Of a stretch of DNA of 64,000 nt, positions 1 through 13,554 are shown piece after piece. The stretch's first letter is position 1. Each line of letters starts with the position of its first letter. Source of the DNA: Eledone cirrhosa (taxonomy: Eukaryota); contig OZ024743.1 in the NCBI GenBank assembly GCA_964016885.1, forward strand, positions 256,432,001 through 256,496,000, in the 5' to 3' direction. Made by a program: the position numbers and the translations under genes. Below the pieces are notes generated by a model. It saw only the letters and a program-made list of their open reading frames with translations, did not search any database and was not told where the DNA came from.

Positions 1-979
1 GATGATGTTGATAATACGCATAGAGAATGTACAGTCCTCATTCACATTTGTACCATGGCATTGTTAATGATTTTGCAGGCCTTTATCATAGCAATCAGAA
101 AGTAACATCTTCTCAGCCCTCTCACCCCAATAGTTATAGGGTGAGAGGGCAGCACCATCACTGACTGGATTCTTCATTTATCAGCATATTTATAACAGTA
201 GGTACTTTTTGCTATTTTAATCTGATATTAGTAATATTTATACAAATCTGTTGAATAGTACAACATACAAGACAAGAGTGTCTCTAAAATCCTTTAAGTA
301 CATAATTAAATTGAAATTATGACTCATGCATATATGTAACAAAACCTGCCATACACAATCACCAAAAGACTGATCCGTGACCTCTACTAAAAACCTAGAT
401 AATATTCTCGTGTAGAAGGCTCAAGGTGCCAGAATGTCCCAAAAAAGAAAAGTTGAAAAAGCCATATGTTTAATGATTTGGGAAACCTAATTCTTATATA
501 TATTTTCTTCTCTTGACTCACTGAAACATACTTCATTACTCACTTGCCATTACTCAATCAACAATCTATTCACTCCTTCAACTACTTCAAAAACTTCATC
601 TTGCAACTCATACTACCATCTAACAAAACAACTAAACAGAGCAACAAACAATCTTCTTTACCCCACTAAATATATACATAGATTAGATACAGAAATAAAC
701 TTCTAATATAAATATGTACTGAGTTTGCATAAATTTCATATCATAAAACAGAAAGTATGTATATTACATATATGTATTCAAATGTTATGTTTTGTGAAGG
801 AACAAGAAAGGCGAGGGGTGGCATTCTATGCATGTAAAATATATTTTATTTAAACTGAATTTTTGTCCATCCTACTCTTCATACTACTGTGGTATTCAGA
901 TGCATACTCACATTTATAAAATGAATTATACATATATTTATATATATACATAAATGTAGAGAGAGAGGGAGATGATATT

Positions 980-1016
<37 letters not shown>

Positions 1017-1555
1017 GCATACATTTGAACACACATACAAATACCTACATACACATACATAGTTATGTATATAATCACATATTCTTTTTGATAGAGAAAA
1101 ATATAATGATGGATAGCCTAATGTAAATATTTGCATCATCTCAGTGCAGTAAGTGTTAGAAGTATGTGAAATATGAAACGTCAACACCATATTCTCTGAT
1201 GTGTACAGCAAACAATGGCTAGACAGAGATGATATGTATATTAAATACATACTGAATGTGTATACATAAATATATAACTATATACCTACCTTTGTATTGA
1301 TCAATCAGACAAAAATGTAGTTGATATTATTATTCCAAGATGAACAAGATTTTATATGTATTATGTTTGCTTTGCAGTTTTTATCAAAGACTACTTGTGT
1401 TGATGTTCAGCCAATGTTTACTATTTAGAAGCTATAAAGTGTTAAACATTTCAATATATATTATATCCCTCACTGCTGCATTGAAACACACTATATACAC
1501 AGTTTACATCATACTGTATGCATATATGTATGAGTGTGTATATATATATATATAT

Positions 1556-1921
1556 ATATACAATATATTAATAAATGGAAACTATATTTATAAAACCATA
1601 TTTATTTTATTATACATATTTCAAGGGCAACCAAGGCAAATTATGGTGCGCTTTCATCAGATACAATACAGATTTGTTTTATAAATAAATATTGACATAC
1701 CCGGAAAAAAAGACAACGTTAAGGTTGTCTTGTTTTCCAGGTATGTCAATATTTATTTATAAAACAAATCTGTATTGTATCTGATGAAAGCGCACCATAA
1801 TTTGCCTTGGTTGCCCTTGAAATATGTATAATAAAATAAACATGGTTTTATAAATATAGTTTCCATTTATTAATATATTGTATATTTACTCCACTAAACT
1901 GTTGAGAGCCTTATATCAGTT
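1556..1921. mobile_element. Mini fold-back PLE-end element (arms ~1556-1717 and ~1724-1885, tail to 1921) in a (TA)n context
   Basis: Near-perfect ~160-bp inverted repeat with a ~6-nt loop; each arm carries a hammerhead motif; flanked by TA-rich sequence. Confidence 0.75.
1771..1840 (+). ncRNA. Minimal type I hammerhead ribozyme (mirror copy at 1601-1670, minus strand)
   Basis: tgtattgtat CTGATGA aagcgcacc..ggttgccctt GAAA TATGTA TA ataaaataaa: canonical core, stem II, near-palindromic stem III, stem I 8/10 paired. Confidence 0.7.
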
Positions 1922-1950
1922 ATACATTTTTTAAAATTAAATATAACCTC

Positions 1951-1986
<36 letters not shown>

Positions 1987-2016
1987 TGTATATATGTATA
2001 TATGTATATATATAAA

Positions 2017-3862
2017 TTAAACAGCGGCAAATCACCTGGAATGGATGGACTGAGTGCCAAGATTTTAAAGTGTGCTGGTGATAACTTCTTAAACCACTTC
2101 ACTGATCTCTTTGTGAATGTTTGGAATGAAGAAGATGTGATACAAGATTGGAAAGATGCATTGATAGTGGTACTTTAGAAAGGAAAGGGAGCCAAAGATG
2201 ACTGTGGCAACTACAGATGTATTTTACTGCTATCTGTGGCTGGGAAGATCTTGTGCAGGATATTGTTGGACAGATTGATACGGCACATTGCTGTTGAGGT
2301 ACTTCCTGAGTCCCAATGTGGCTTTAGGAATGGCAGAGGCACTGTTGACATGATCTTCTCGGCCAAACAACTTCAAGAGAAATGCATTGAGCAGCACATG
2401 GACTTATACCAAGATTTTGTCGATCTGACCAAGGCATTTGACACCGTTAATCAGAAGGCTTTGTCGGTTATTTTGAAGAGATTGGGCTGTCCTGAAAAGT
2501 TTGTGAACATTCTGAAACTCTTCAACGATGACATGCAGGCATGGTGAATGTTAGAGGTAAACTGTCTGAACCAATCTCTATTGAAAATGGTGTCAAGCAG
2601 GATGATATACCTGCACCGACTTTGTTTGCCTTGTATTTCGCGATGGTGTTCTTCATGGCCTTCAGGGATTGTCAACACAGTATCTATCTCAGATATCACA
2701 CTTCTGGCAAGCTGTTTAACCTTAGGCCTCTCCCTGCCAACAATAAGGTACTGAGTACCTTGATCAGGGAATTTTTATATGCAGATGATTGTGATCTCTT
2801 TGCACACTCCCAGAGTGACATGCAACACCTTATGGATTCTTTTTCCAATGCGTGCAGTGCTTTGGGACTGACAATCAGTCTGAAGAAGACTGTGATCATA
2901 TACCAACCTGCTCCGGATAAAGTTTTCAATGAACCCTATACGGTCAAAAGCTGAAGGGTGTTGACACATTTGTGTATTTGGGGAGTACTCTGAGTGTGGC
3001 CTGCTCTCTGGATGCAGAAGTTGGTCTATGTGTTAGTAAGGCAAGTGAGTCATTTGGAAGGCTCAACGACCCTCTTTGGTGCAGGCGAGGAATCACAATG
3101 AGGACCAAGGTGAGAGTGTATGCTGCATGTGTATTGTCAGCTTTGCTGTATGCATGTGAGACATGGGTTGATTACAAACGGAATATCCACAGACTGGAAC
3201 GGTTTCACCAGCAGTGTCTCAGAAAGATGCCCGGTATCAAGTGGCAGATGCATGTGAGTGATGTTGAGGTCCTTGAGAGAAGTGAGTGTCGGAGCATTGA
3301 GAGTATCATCCACCAATGGCATTTGTGATGGACTGGACACCTCTGCAGAATGGAGGATGATTGAATCCCAAAAAAACTCTTGTATGGCGAGCTTTGTGAG
3401 GGTAAGAGACCACCTCACAAGCCAAAGCTCTGATTCAAGGATTGTGTAAAGGACTCATTGAAAAAAACTGGTTTGATGATGGCTGACTGGGAGATAGAAG
3501 CTCTTGAGAGAGAGACTTAGCGTGGAATGGTGAATGATGGGGTCCATAATTTTGAGGACAGATGCATAGAGCGTGAGAAGATCAAACGGGATGTGCATAA
3601 GCAATGCCCTGGTGTATCTCTCAAAACAATCGGTGTCTCCATTGAATTGAAATGCCCTGAGTGTGGAAAAATTTGCTTGAGAAAATCTGGTCTCATGAGC
3701 CACAGTCGCAGCCATGTTTAAAGAGAACCAGTGAACTATGATCTCCACAGTGTTGTGAGGGTTCACGGGCAACCTGATGCAGGCTTGAAAAGCCATATCC
3801 GAGCATCCCACATCTGAATCTGACAAGCGATTGCAATACTCTTGGCAGAGTTTGCAGCTATC
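2017..3862 (+). mobile_element. 5'-truncated RTE-clade (BovB-like) LINE; decayed RT plus C-terminal C2H2 zinc fingers
   Basis: GKSPGMDG, PESQCGFR, FVDLTKAFDTV, GVKQ, FLYADDC, YLGS, LLYACETW and CPECGK..GLMSHSRSH across frameshifts and stops. Confidence 0.93.
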
Positions 3863-3936
3863 ATATATATATATATATATGTGTGTGTGTGTATGTATGT
3901 ATATATATACATGTATATATATGTATGTATGTATGC

Positions 3937-3986
<50 letters not shown>

Positions 3987-4020
3987 ATAAGAATATTTAT
4001 ATTTATATATGTTTGATATA

Positions 4021-5168
4021 ACTATAAATATGTAGGGAAGTACTAAGTACTAGCCGGTTACCGGTATGACAAAAGGCTCGACGCAAATGTTCAAGTGTTT
4101 TACATAGCCGAGATACAAAGTGTTAAAATGATCAAATTTTAGTTTAGAACATTTAGGGTACATAATTGTTATTAGTGTCAAAGGCATCATGTGGAGAGTC
4201 AGGAGTTAAAAAAAATGTTCTGCTTGAAAGAACACAATTACAGGCAGCACTGGTTGGAAGTGTAATAGGTATTAGTAAAAAGCACAAGCAAAAAAAATTA
4301 ATTATAACAAAAATTAATTTATAACACTACTACAATATTAAAACAACCCTTAATTTATCATCAACCTTAATTACCTCCCTTTGTTATTAACCCCCTTTAC
4401 AACTTCCTGTGTAAACTTATGAAATTAATTAACATAACGGTTTACCAACAACTTAATAACGGTTAATACAAACCCTAGAAAAGATAATTTGTAGATAAAA
4501 AATGCATAAAATAATATACCTAAAATAACAACATGGCCAGTAATTCGGCGGAATTTACATTTAACAAACAAACACCTATTGACTATAAACGACTCAAAAT
4601 AATCCCATGGTTAATAGGTGTTACTAACAAACAACACATACACATAAATACGAACTACAACACAAAAACACTTAAATGAAAATCACATACCCAACTCTAT
4701 CTAGTGCTTTACATTACACCTTACATAACAAATACCTAAATTATCACCACATGCCTCTCTAACAAATTGCACACTATCTTAAACATTTATAACAATTATA
4801 ACATGCTTTAACACCCCACACAAAATATGTTTATTTCAACTACATTATAACTTTTTCCTCACACATGCCTTATTGACTCCTGCATTGTACACTAATTTTT
4901 CTTGCTTATAATGTTTTTGCCTGTGTTTTTTTGTCTTGTGATTTTTACTTATACCTATTACACTTCCTACCAGTGCTGCCTGTAATTGTGTTCTTTCAAG
5001 CAGAATTTCATTTTAACTCCTGACTCTCCACATGATGCCTTTGACACTAGTAACAATTATGTACCCTAAATGTTCTAAATGACTAGGATTTTAGTTACAT
5101 GTTTCGACATTCCTTATGCTCCGATGATTCCAGACATCCCTCTGGAAGAAACAATTGTCAGCAAATAA

Positions 5169-5170
<2 letters not shown>
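4021..5170. mobile_element. Non-coding PLE-related insertion with internal inverted repeat (~4141-4297 vs ~4926-5080) and a terminal hammerhead
   Basis: Inverted repeat read directly; TA tracts on both sides; hammerhead plus AATAAA at the right end. Confidence 0.6.
5114..5169 (+). ncRNA. Minimal hammerhead ribozyme, CCGAUGA core variant
   Basis: tgct CCGATGA ttccaga catccc tctggaa GAAA CAATTG TC agca: perfect 7-bp stem II, palindromic stem III, GUC site. Confidence 0.75.
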
Positions 5171-5260
<90 letters not shown>

Positions 5261-5338
5261 ATATATATATATAGAAGAAGTGGTTACACAACAGTTCATT
5301 CACCATACCGAGAAGAATTGTTACTACCTCTCTCTCTC

Positions 5339-5425
<87 letters not shown>

Positions 5426-6005
5426 TTATTTTATAGAAGGAGCTTCTACAGGACTAGTACTGTTTCATTCAGATGAAATCTTCAGGAAGCTGGGTGTCAT
5501 ATTAAGGTCTGGTATTTATACATTTAGGTAGTGGTAAGGGAGGGGTGGTGGAAGGAGGGGGGGGGTATTTAGGTACACAGGACCACTTCATGGCTCAGGC
5601 CGTTTTTTCTTTGGGGAGTGGTCAATTAGCCAGAGTGCTTTTTTGAAATAAATAAGTAAGTAAATAAATAAATAAATGAATAAATAGATAAAAGAATAAA
5701 TAAAAAAAATAAATAAAAAAATAAATAAAAAAATAAATGAAAAAATAAATAAATAAAAACCCCAAGAATAGTAATTCAACAGATATATAGTAGGGAAATT
5801 TAGGTGGGTTGGTAATAGAAATTAAACATTTAACAAGATCGAATCATGGCACAGACTGGGGTGAGTGGTCCAGTTAACATACAAGCCACATGTGGCCAGA
5901 GTGTTTTTGTAGGATGGAAAGAATAAAATATATTTACATACTCACAACTGCATACAAAAACACTTACACACACATATATATACACATACATATATCTAAA
6001 CACTC

Positions 6006-7487
6006 AAGTCTGACATAGGATCCGTCAGTAAGAAGATCTTGGACAGGATTCTACCTAGACTACGAACTGCCTCACCACTCCCACTCTGGAATAGGACATC
6101 AGAGGCAATCACATGGTTCCGGGACTTGCCCGACAAAAGCAACACCCGCTTCCTGCAGCTAGACATCGAGGATTACTACGCCTCCATATCAGAGAGCCTG
6201 CTGATTGACGCGATTAACTTCGCCGGGAACTTAACCACTATTACCGAAGCCGAGCAGGAAGTGATCCTCCATGCACGTAAGACTTTTCTTTACCATAACA
6301 GATCCCACTGGATCAACAAAAAATCTGAGACCCCCTTCGACGTTAGCATGGGTGCTAGCGACTCAGCTGAAATTAGTGACCTTGTGGGTTTGTTCATCCT
6401 CCATAGGTTGAAGACCCTCTTCACAGGCCTCTCCGGTGGTCTCTACCGAGATGACGGCCTCTTTGCCCTCCACAAAATCAACCCCAGGACCACGGATGGG
6501 TTCAGGAAAAACCTTTACACCTTCTTTAAAAACTTAGGCCTTAGGATTACCTTAGATTCGAACTTAACTAAAGCTAACTTCCTAGACGTTACCCTCGACT
6601 TAGAAACTTCCCTTTACTACCCGTACCACAAACCTAATGAATCCCTTAGATATATAGACATTAATTCTAACCACCCCCAAAATATATTAGACAACCTAGT
6701 AAAAAGTGTCTCCATTAGGATATCTAGCCTCGCCGCCAATGAAGATATCTTTAGAGCAGCAGCCCCCTATTACAACGAGGCCCTGGCCCGCAGCGGCTTT
6801 AGAGATAAGATCACCTACCTTACTATAGCCCCACGCCCACTCAGGAAGAATAGGTGAAGGCACATTAGCTGGTACAACCGAGAAGTTTCAACACCTGTAG
6901 CTAAAATTTTCTTCACTCTCTTACAAAAACACTTCCCCACCCAACATAGGTACTATACTATCCTTAATAAGAATACCATTAGACTCTCTTACTCTACCAC
7001 ACCGAATCTAGCTAGAAACTTAGCCAACAACAACACCAAGAAGCTAAATAAGTCTAATTTTTCCGAAGCCCATCCAGCAACCGATAGCAACTGCAATTGC
7101 CCTGATAAGACGACCTGCCCTCTCAACAACAACTGTCTAAAAAAAGACCTCGTGTATATATGCGATGTACTCTCAGGCCCCGATGAAAAAAGAAACTCGT
7201 ACATAGGGATGACTTCTAATAGTTTTAAGACTCGCTGGTACGCCCACACACATTCGTTCCGGCGCCCAGACAAATCTAACCAAACTACACTCGCCGCCCA
7301 CATCTGGCACCTAAAAAGGAACTCTATCCCCTTCAAGACCCAATGGAGACTACTCCAGAGAGCGCGATCATACACGGGAGGCCATAATTGCTGTGACCTC
7401 TGTATCTCCGAGAGCTATGAGATTCTATTCGCCAAAGGCCCTCTCCTCAACAAGATCTCGGAACACTCCCCTAATTGCATGCACTAG
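6006..7487 (+). pseudogene. PLE reverse transcriptase + C-terminal GIY-YIG endonuclease; one in-frame TGA at 6855-6857
   Basis: LDIEDYYASI, FDVSMGASDSAEISDLVG, GLYRDDGL, FLDVTLDL, SNHP, CNCPDKTTCPLNNNC linker, VY..YIG, FKTRWYAH, CDLC; ORFs 6039 and 7152 share one frame. Confidence 0.92.
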
Positions 7488-8331
7488 AACTATGCAAATT
7501 ACAAAAACTACAGACCCCCCCCCCCCGACTGACCCCCCCATATCACCCCCCCCATCCCATTTCCGTCCCTCCATCTCTCATTATTACCCTCTTTCCTCCC
7601 CTCTATCTCTCATTATTACCTTCTTTCCTCCCCTCCAGGTCTTATATATTGTGTTGTATGCCTCTGAGTAAAGTTCCGTGGCCGCACACATAAATTCACG
7701 TATATACCTGCTCATGTTTGCATACGCGCAGTTATGAACTGCTGCACGCACACGTTCATGATTTATTTATCTATTTAACTGTATATTTATTTATTTATTT
7801 ATTTAGTTACTCTATTTACTTACTTATTTATTTATTTATCCATTTATTTATTTATTTGTTTATTTATTTACTTATTTACTGGTTTATTTGTTTATCTGTT
7901 TGTTTGTTTGTTTGTTTGTTAGTTAACTCATTCATTTATTTATTGATTTATGAATGAATGATTAGGTAATGAATAGATAAGGGATAAAAGATGGGTAACG
8001 AATAGTGAATGGTAAATAGTAAGTAATATATAATAAATAGTAATTAATTACCTGATGATAATATTAATAACTTAATAGTGACATTAATTATGTTATCCTC
8101 TATCAGGCCCAGTTTAAAATTTAAAATTTAAAATTTAAAATTTATCCCACTACCTTTATACTATAGACACATGTATGAGTGCGAACGAGTGCGTGTTTGT
8201 GCATATGCGTTTATGTGTACTTATTTGTATGTATGTATGTGTATGTATGCGTGTTTGCTTGTAAATGTGTATGTGTGTGTATGTATATATGTATATATAT
8301 ATATATATGTGTATGTATATATATATATATG

Positions 8332-8363
<32 letters not shown>

Positions 8364-8364
8364 T

Positions 8365-9700
8365 GTGTATCCCTCTATACAGTCATCCCCCACGCCGGCG
8401 GCCTTCGCGCCCTCAAACACTACCTCGACCTTCGCCCCTCCCCCATTCCCTCCACCCCACCCTCCTTCGCCTCGCCGAACTGGTCCTCACCCTAAATTGT
8501 TTCTCCTTCTCGGGTGAGTTTTACCAACAGGTCACGGGGGTAGCCATGGGCACAAGAATGGGCCCGAACTATGCCAACCTTTTTGTTGGCCATGTTGAGG
8601 CCCAAATCTTTGCCCAGTACACCTGCCCCACGCCCGAACTGTACGGTCGTTACATTGACGACTGTATCGGAGCCACGACCCTCACCCGAGAACAGCTCGA
8701 CTCCTTTCTCTCCTTCTTCTGCTCCTTCCACCCCTCCCTCCACTTCACCACCTCTATCTCCACCACCCACGTCCACTTCTTAGACATCTCCGTCGCCTTC
8801 GACCCCTCCCACCACTCCCTCGTCACCTCCGCCTTCTTCAAACCCACCGATTCCCACTCTTACCTCGACTTCACCTCTTCCCACCCCACCCACACTAAAC
8901 TCTCCATTCCCTACTCCCAACTTCTCAGGATCCGCCGCCTCTGTAGCCGTGATGCTGACTTCGAGTCCCAGGCCCTTTCCCTAGTCAGCCATTTCATCCG
9001 CAGAGGTTACCCCCCTCTCTCGTCTACACCGCTCTCACCCGCGCCCGTGCTATCCCCCGCTCCACCACCCTCACCCACGCCACCGCACACCCACCCACCG
9101 TCTCCCCTTCCCCATCACCTACCACCCCTCTCCATACCCCTCCACCGCACCATCCGCCGCCTCTTCCAACGCCTCCAGTCCGACCCCTCCACCTCCCACA
9201 TCTTCCCAACCCCACCACTCCCCTCCTTCAAACGCGCACGCAATCTCCGCACCCTCCTCGTCCACAGCTCCCTACCCCCCAACCCACGCTCTGTTCCCCC
9301 CCCCGGTTCCTTCCCCTGTTCTAGGCCCCGCTGCAACACCTGTCCCCACATCACCAACACCACCACCTTCCAGGGTCCCAACGGCCACTCTCTCTCGGTC
9401 CGGCATGCCTTCCGCTGCACCTCCTCCAACCTAGTCTACGGAGTTCGCGACTTATGTCGGACAGACGGGACGTCGCCTGGCGGACCGAGTCACGGAGCAC
9501 CTCCGGGATATTCGTCTCGGGGGCAGTTCCCCCATCGCCCGCCACTTTGGTGGCCCTGGACACTCCGCACGCCATCTCACAGTCTGTGGCCTACTCCAGT
9601 GCCACGGAACACCCGCCCATCGCCTTACGGTCGAACAACGAACTATCTTCATCTTACAGATCCACACTCCCCCCGGCCTGAACTCCCCACCCTTATTCCT
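8365..9700 (+). pseudogene. Neptune-like PLE RT + Cys linker + GIY-YIG, frameshifted
   Basis: [78 protein letters not shown]. Confidence 0.9.
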
Positions 9701-11075
9701 TTAGCGTTCGACCGCCCCCCTCCCCCCACACTTATCCCCCACTAACACCACTAACACACCCCTCCTTTTCACCGCCCACCCCACACTAACAATACTAACA
9801 CCTCCACTCCACCCCTCATCTGACCACCCTTCCCCAACTAACATACTAACATCCCTTCCCTCCCCTCTTCTCCTCCTCCCCCTCCTTATCACACGCACAC
9901 ACGCACCCACTTACACCACCCACCCCACACGCAACTAACATCACTAACACCCCCCAACCCCACGCACACGTACCAACACACCCTCGTACACCACCAACTC
10001 TACACACCCTACCACCACTAACCCCCACTCACACCTGCATTCCACCCCTCCCTACCTCCCGTATACTAACACCCACTAACACCTCTTCACTAAACTACAC
10101 ACACACGAGTACACCACACTCCCTCCATAGAACCACACACACCCTTCTCTCCCCGCTCCACCCACACCCCCGCTCCACACTCACTCATCCCACTAACACC
10201 CCTACTAATACACACACACACACACACCCTCCTCACTCCAACTCTCACACCTACCCATCCTCGCCTCCCTACCATTCCACCGACTGCTGCTATGCCCTTC
10301 CGACCACATCCCAGCACCAACTGACCACAGCACTCCCACTGCTGACCACTTCCTGTTGAGCGCGCACCCCACATCTCTCCTCTTCCGACCACCGCTTCAT
10401 GGATTACCCACACGCGAAATTGACTTATAACCAAATCTCCAAACATCCGTGGAACTTACCAACTTTTCAACCATCCTCTTACGTCATCACCTATATAACT
10501 CACCCACACACACACCCCCCAACATTTTTTTTTCTCCACACGCCATCCACACCCACAACACGCTTAAACCCCACACACACGTGCTTCCCACCACATATTT
10601 ACACCCTCAGCCTCCTGATTCCTCTCCCCCCATCCGCCTATCCACACACGCACAGACACTCCGACCCACAAACACACCCCCCACACACACCTCTTCCTGA
10701 ACATGCAACCCCGTTCTTCCCCCAACCCTCACTTTCACATACACACACACACACACACACACGCACACCTACACACACACACCACCTTCAGCCCTCCCCG
10801 CTCGGACACCCCGTCTCCCTCTCCCCACTCCACTCGCCACCACCCCTACTCACCCCACACCCTTCACCACCTGTTTACCCCCCTTTTAATTTCAGTTTAT
10901 TTTGATCATGCCTTTATTTTTAAATTTTCTCATTCCTTGTATTTTGATCATGCTTTATTTTTATTTTTTATATTTTTTGTCTTTATTTGTTAATTTTTCA
11001 TTCGCACCGTTTCCTTTCATTATATGTCTCTCCACCACTCCCCTACACACCTTTTGAACTCTGTTCCCACACACT

Positions 11076-11112
11076 TCTCACCTGAGGAAGGGCTTATGCC
11101 CGAAACGTCGTC
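11076..11112 (+). ncRNA. Hammerhead core in the Neptune-like 3' end
   Basis: CTGAGGA a GGGC ttat GCCC GAAA CGTCG TC; no stem I partner is directly adjacent. Confidence 0.6.
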
Positions 11113-11198
11113 CCCCACCTACCCCCCACTCTCCTGAGCGTGAATTTAATAAACATTTATTGTACTGCCTCTCTGTTCTGTCCCTGTTCAAATTTTTC

Positions 11199-11233
<35 letters not shown>

Positions 11234-11425
11234 TTTTATATGTATGTGTATGTGTATATATGTATATATATGTGTGAATGTATGTGTTTGTGTGTGTGTG
11301 CGTATGTATGTGTATGTATGTGTGTGCATATGTATGTATGTGTATGTATAGTATAGTTTACACGAGAGAGACATACGTACATGTAGGTGTGTATATATAT
11401 ATATATATATATATGTATACACATA

Positions 11426-11464
<39 letters not shown>

Positions 11465-11699
11465 ATGCGCACGTGTGTATGGGTAGATATATATGTGTGT
11501 ATGTGTATGCGTGTGTGTGTGTATATTTGTGTGTTTGGGTTTTCCTTGTGTATATATGTATATATATGTATGTATGTATGTGTGTGTGTGTGTATATGTA
11601 TGTGTGTGTGTGTGTATGTGTATACGCATGTTATGTGTGTGTGTGTATATATATATATATATGTATATGTATGTATATGTGTGTGAATGTGTAGGTGTG

Positions 11700-11743
<44 letters not shown>

Positions 11744-12277
11744 GATAGATATATATGTGTGTGTGAGTGTTTAAATATATGTGTGTGTATATATATGTGT
11801 GTGTAAGTGTTTTTGTATGCGGTTGTGAGTATGTAAATATATTTTATTCTTTCCATCCTACAAAAACACTCTGGCCACCTGTGGCTTGTATGTTAACTGG
11901 ACCACTCACCCCAGTCTGTGCCATGATTCGGTCTTGTTAAATGTTTAATTTCTATTACCAACCCACCTAAATTTCCCTACTATATATCTGTTGAATTACT
12001 ATTCTTGGAGTTTTTATTTATTTATTTTCTGATTTATTTTTTTATTTACTTTTTATTTATTTTATTTATTTATTCTTTTATCTATTTATTCATTCATTTA
12101 TTTATTTACTTACTTATTTTTTTCAAAAAGCACTCTGGCTAATTGACCACTCCCCAAAGAATAAACGGCCTGTGCCATGAAGTGGTCCTGTGTACCTAAA
12201 TACCCCCCCCCCTCCTTCCACCACCCCTCCCTTACCACTACCTAAATGTATAAATACCAGAACTTAATATGACACCC

Positions 12278-12328
12278 AGCTTCCTGAAGATTTCATCTGA
12301 ATGAAACAGTACTAGTCCTGTAGAAGCT
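12278..12328 (+). ncRNA. Hammerhead-like motif in the pLTR (mirror at ~5441-5491 minus; relatives at ~21620-21655 minus, ~22760-22786 plus, ~58645-58700 plus)
   Basis: agcttc CTGAAGA tttcatctgaat GAAA cAGTACTag TC ctgta gaagct; stem I is bulged. Confidence 0.55.
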
Positions 12329-12412
12329 CCTTCTATAAAATAAAAATATTTTACTCTGCCATGTATTGAGTACCTTACTTACTGTGGTTATCCCCGACTC
12401 AACCCGGGACCT

Positions 12413-12479
<67 letters not shown>

Positions 12480-12484
<5 letters not shown>

Positions 12485-12810
12485 GTTAGAGCATTGGCCT
12501 TGCAATCGAAAGGTTGTAAGTTCAATTCTCAGACCGGGTGATGTGTTGTTTCCTTGAGCAAGACACTTTATTTCACATTGCTCCAGTTTACTCAGCTGTA
12601 GAAATGAGATGATAGGACTGGGTCCCTATCATTCGACTGCAAAGTGGTCGTGGAGGTGCCACGGAAAAAAAGCCCCCAGCACTCACTGTAAATGAGGTTG
12701 GTATTAGGAAGGGCATCCAGCTGTAGAATTCAAGCCAGAATCAGTTCCCGTCCCACCCTTGCAAGCAGGGAAAAAGCGGACGTAAAATGAAATGATGATG
12801 ATGATGATGA

Positions 12811-12813
<3 letters not shown>
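12480..12813 (+). mobile_element. tRNA-derived CORE-SINE with (GAT)n tail
   Basis: A box (tagtggttagagc), B box (gttcaattc), CORE-like ccttgagcaagacacttt..cagctgtagaaatg, (gat)n tail; multiple copies in the window. Confidence 0.85.
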
Positions 12814-12888
<75 letters not shown>

Positions 12889-13554
12889 GAATGGGAGGAA
12901 TAGTATTCAATACATTTAGTACAGTATACTTTTTCATTTGAAGCTGGTAAATCACTTCATTGAAATGAATGATTGACAGCAGATGATTATACGAAAGAGA
13001 AAGAGTGTGTATATGTGTGCATATATAGATATGTATGTGTGTATATATGCATATATAGGTATGTATGTATGTGTGTATATAAATCGATATGAATATGTAT
13101 TAATGAATATATATATATATATATCATCGTCATTATCATCACCGTTTTACGTCTGTTCTTCCATGCTAGCATGGATGGGTTGTCCTGTTGCGGGCAGTGT
13201 CCAGTTGGCTTACCTTGTCTTTCTCATATGTGTGTGTGTGTGTGTGGGTGTGGGTGTGTGTGTGTGTGTATATATATATCAACACAGGCATAGCTGTCTG
13301 TTTAATTGTCTGCTTCACAACAACAGTTTCATGTTCAGAAGCATTGCATGGTAACTTAGACAAGGCAAAATGAAGCTTGTCATGGGGCTCAAAAAGGTAA
13401 ACCCAGCTTTAGCAGAGAAAATGGAGTTAAAACGCTTGTTGAGTTGTAGCATATGTCTGTTCTAACAACTTTGACAATTTGCTGTCTTTTTCTCTAACAA
13501 ATCAGCATACTTTCTCATATTTGTTTACCGGTTTTAGTTATATGACCTTCGACG

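Larger units (their letters stand above)
8365..11200 (+). mobile_element. 5'-truncated Neptune-like PLE nested in a (TA)n tract in the outer element's 3' region
   Basis: RT/EN remnants, long C-rich 3' region, hammerhead core and AATAAA near the 3' end, TA tracts on both sides. Confidence 0.85.
5424..12414 (+). mobile_element. 5'-truncated PLE (Hydra-clade-like) with inverted pseudo-LTR at ~5424-5950 matching ~11819-12344, tail to 12414; interrupted by a nested PLE
   Basis: ~520-bp inverted terminal copies, RT+GIY-YIG ORF, TA flanks. Confidence 0.85.

Noticed and set aside
6855-6857. In-frame TGA as possible selenocysteine, as in Naiad PLEs
   Set aside because: It sits in an Arg-rich run (R*R; the paralogue reads RRSR), which fits CGA>TGA decay. 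The endonuclease is C-terminal, unlike Naiads, and no SECIS was recognised.
12480-12540. tRNA-like sequences at SINE heads
   Set aside because: A/B boxes are followed by CORE and tail sequence in dispersed copies; there is no full cloverleaf.
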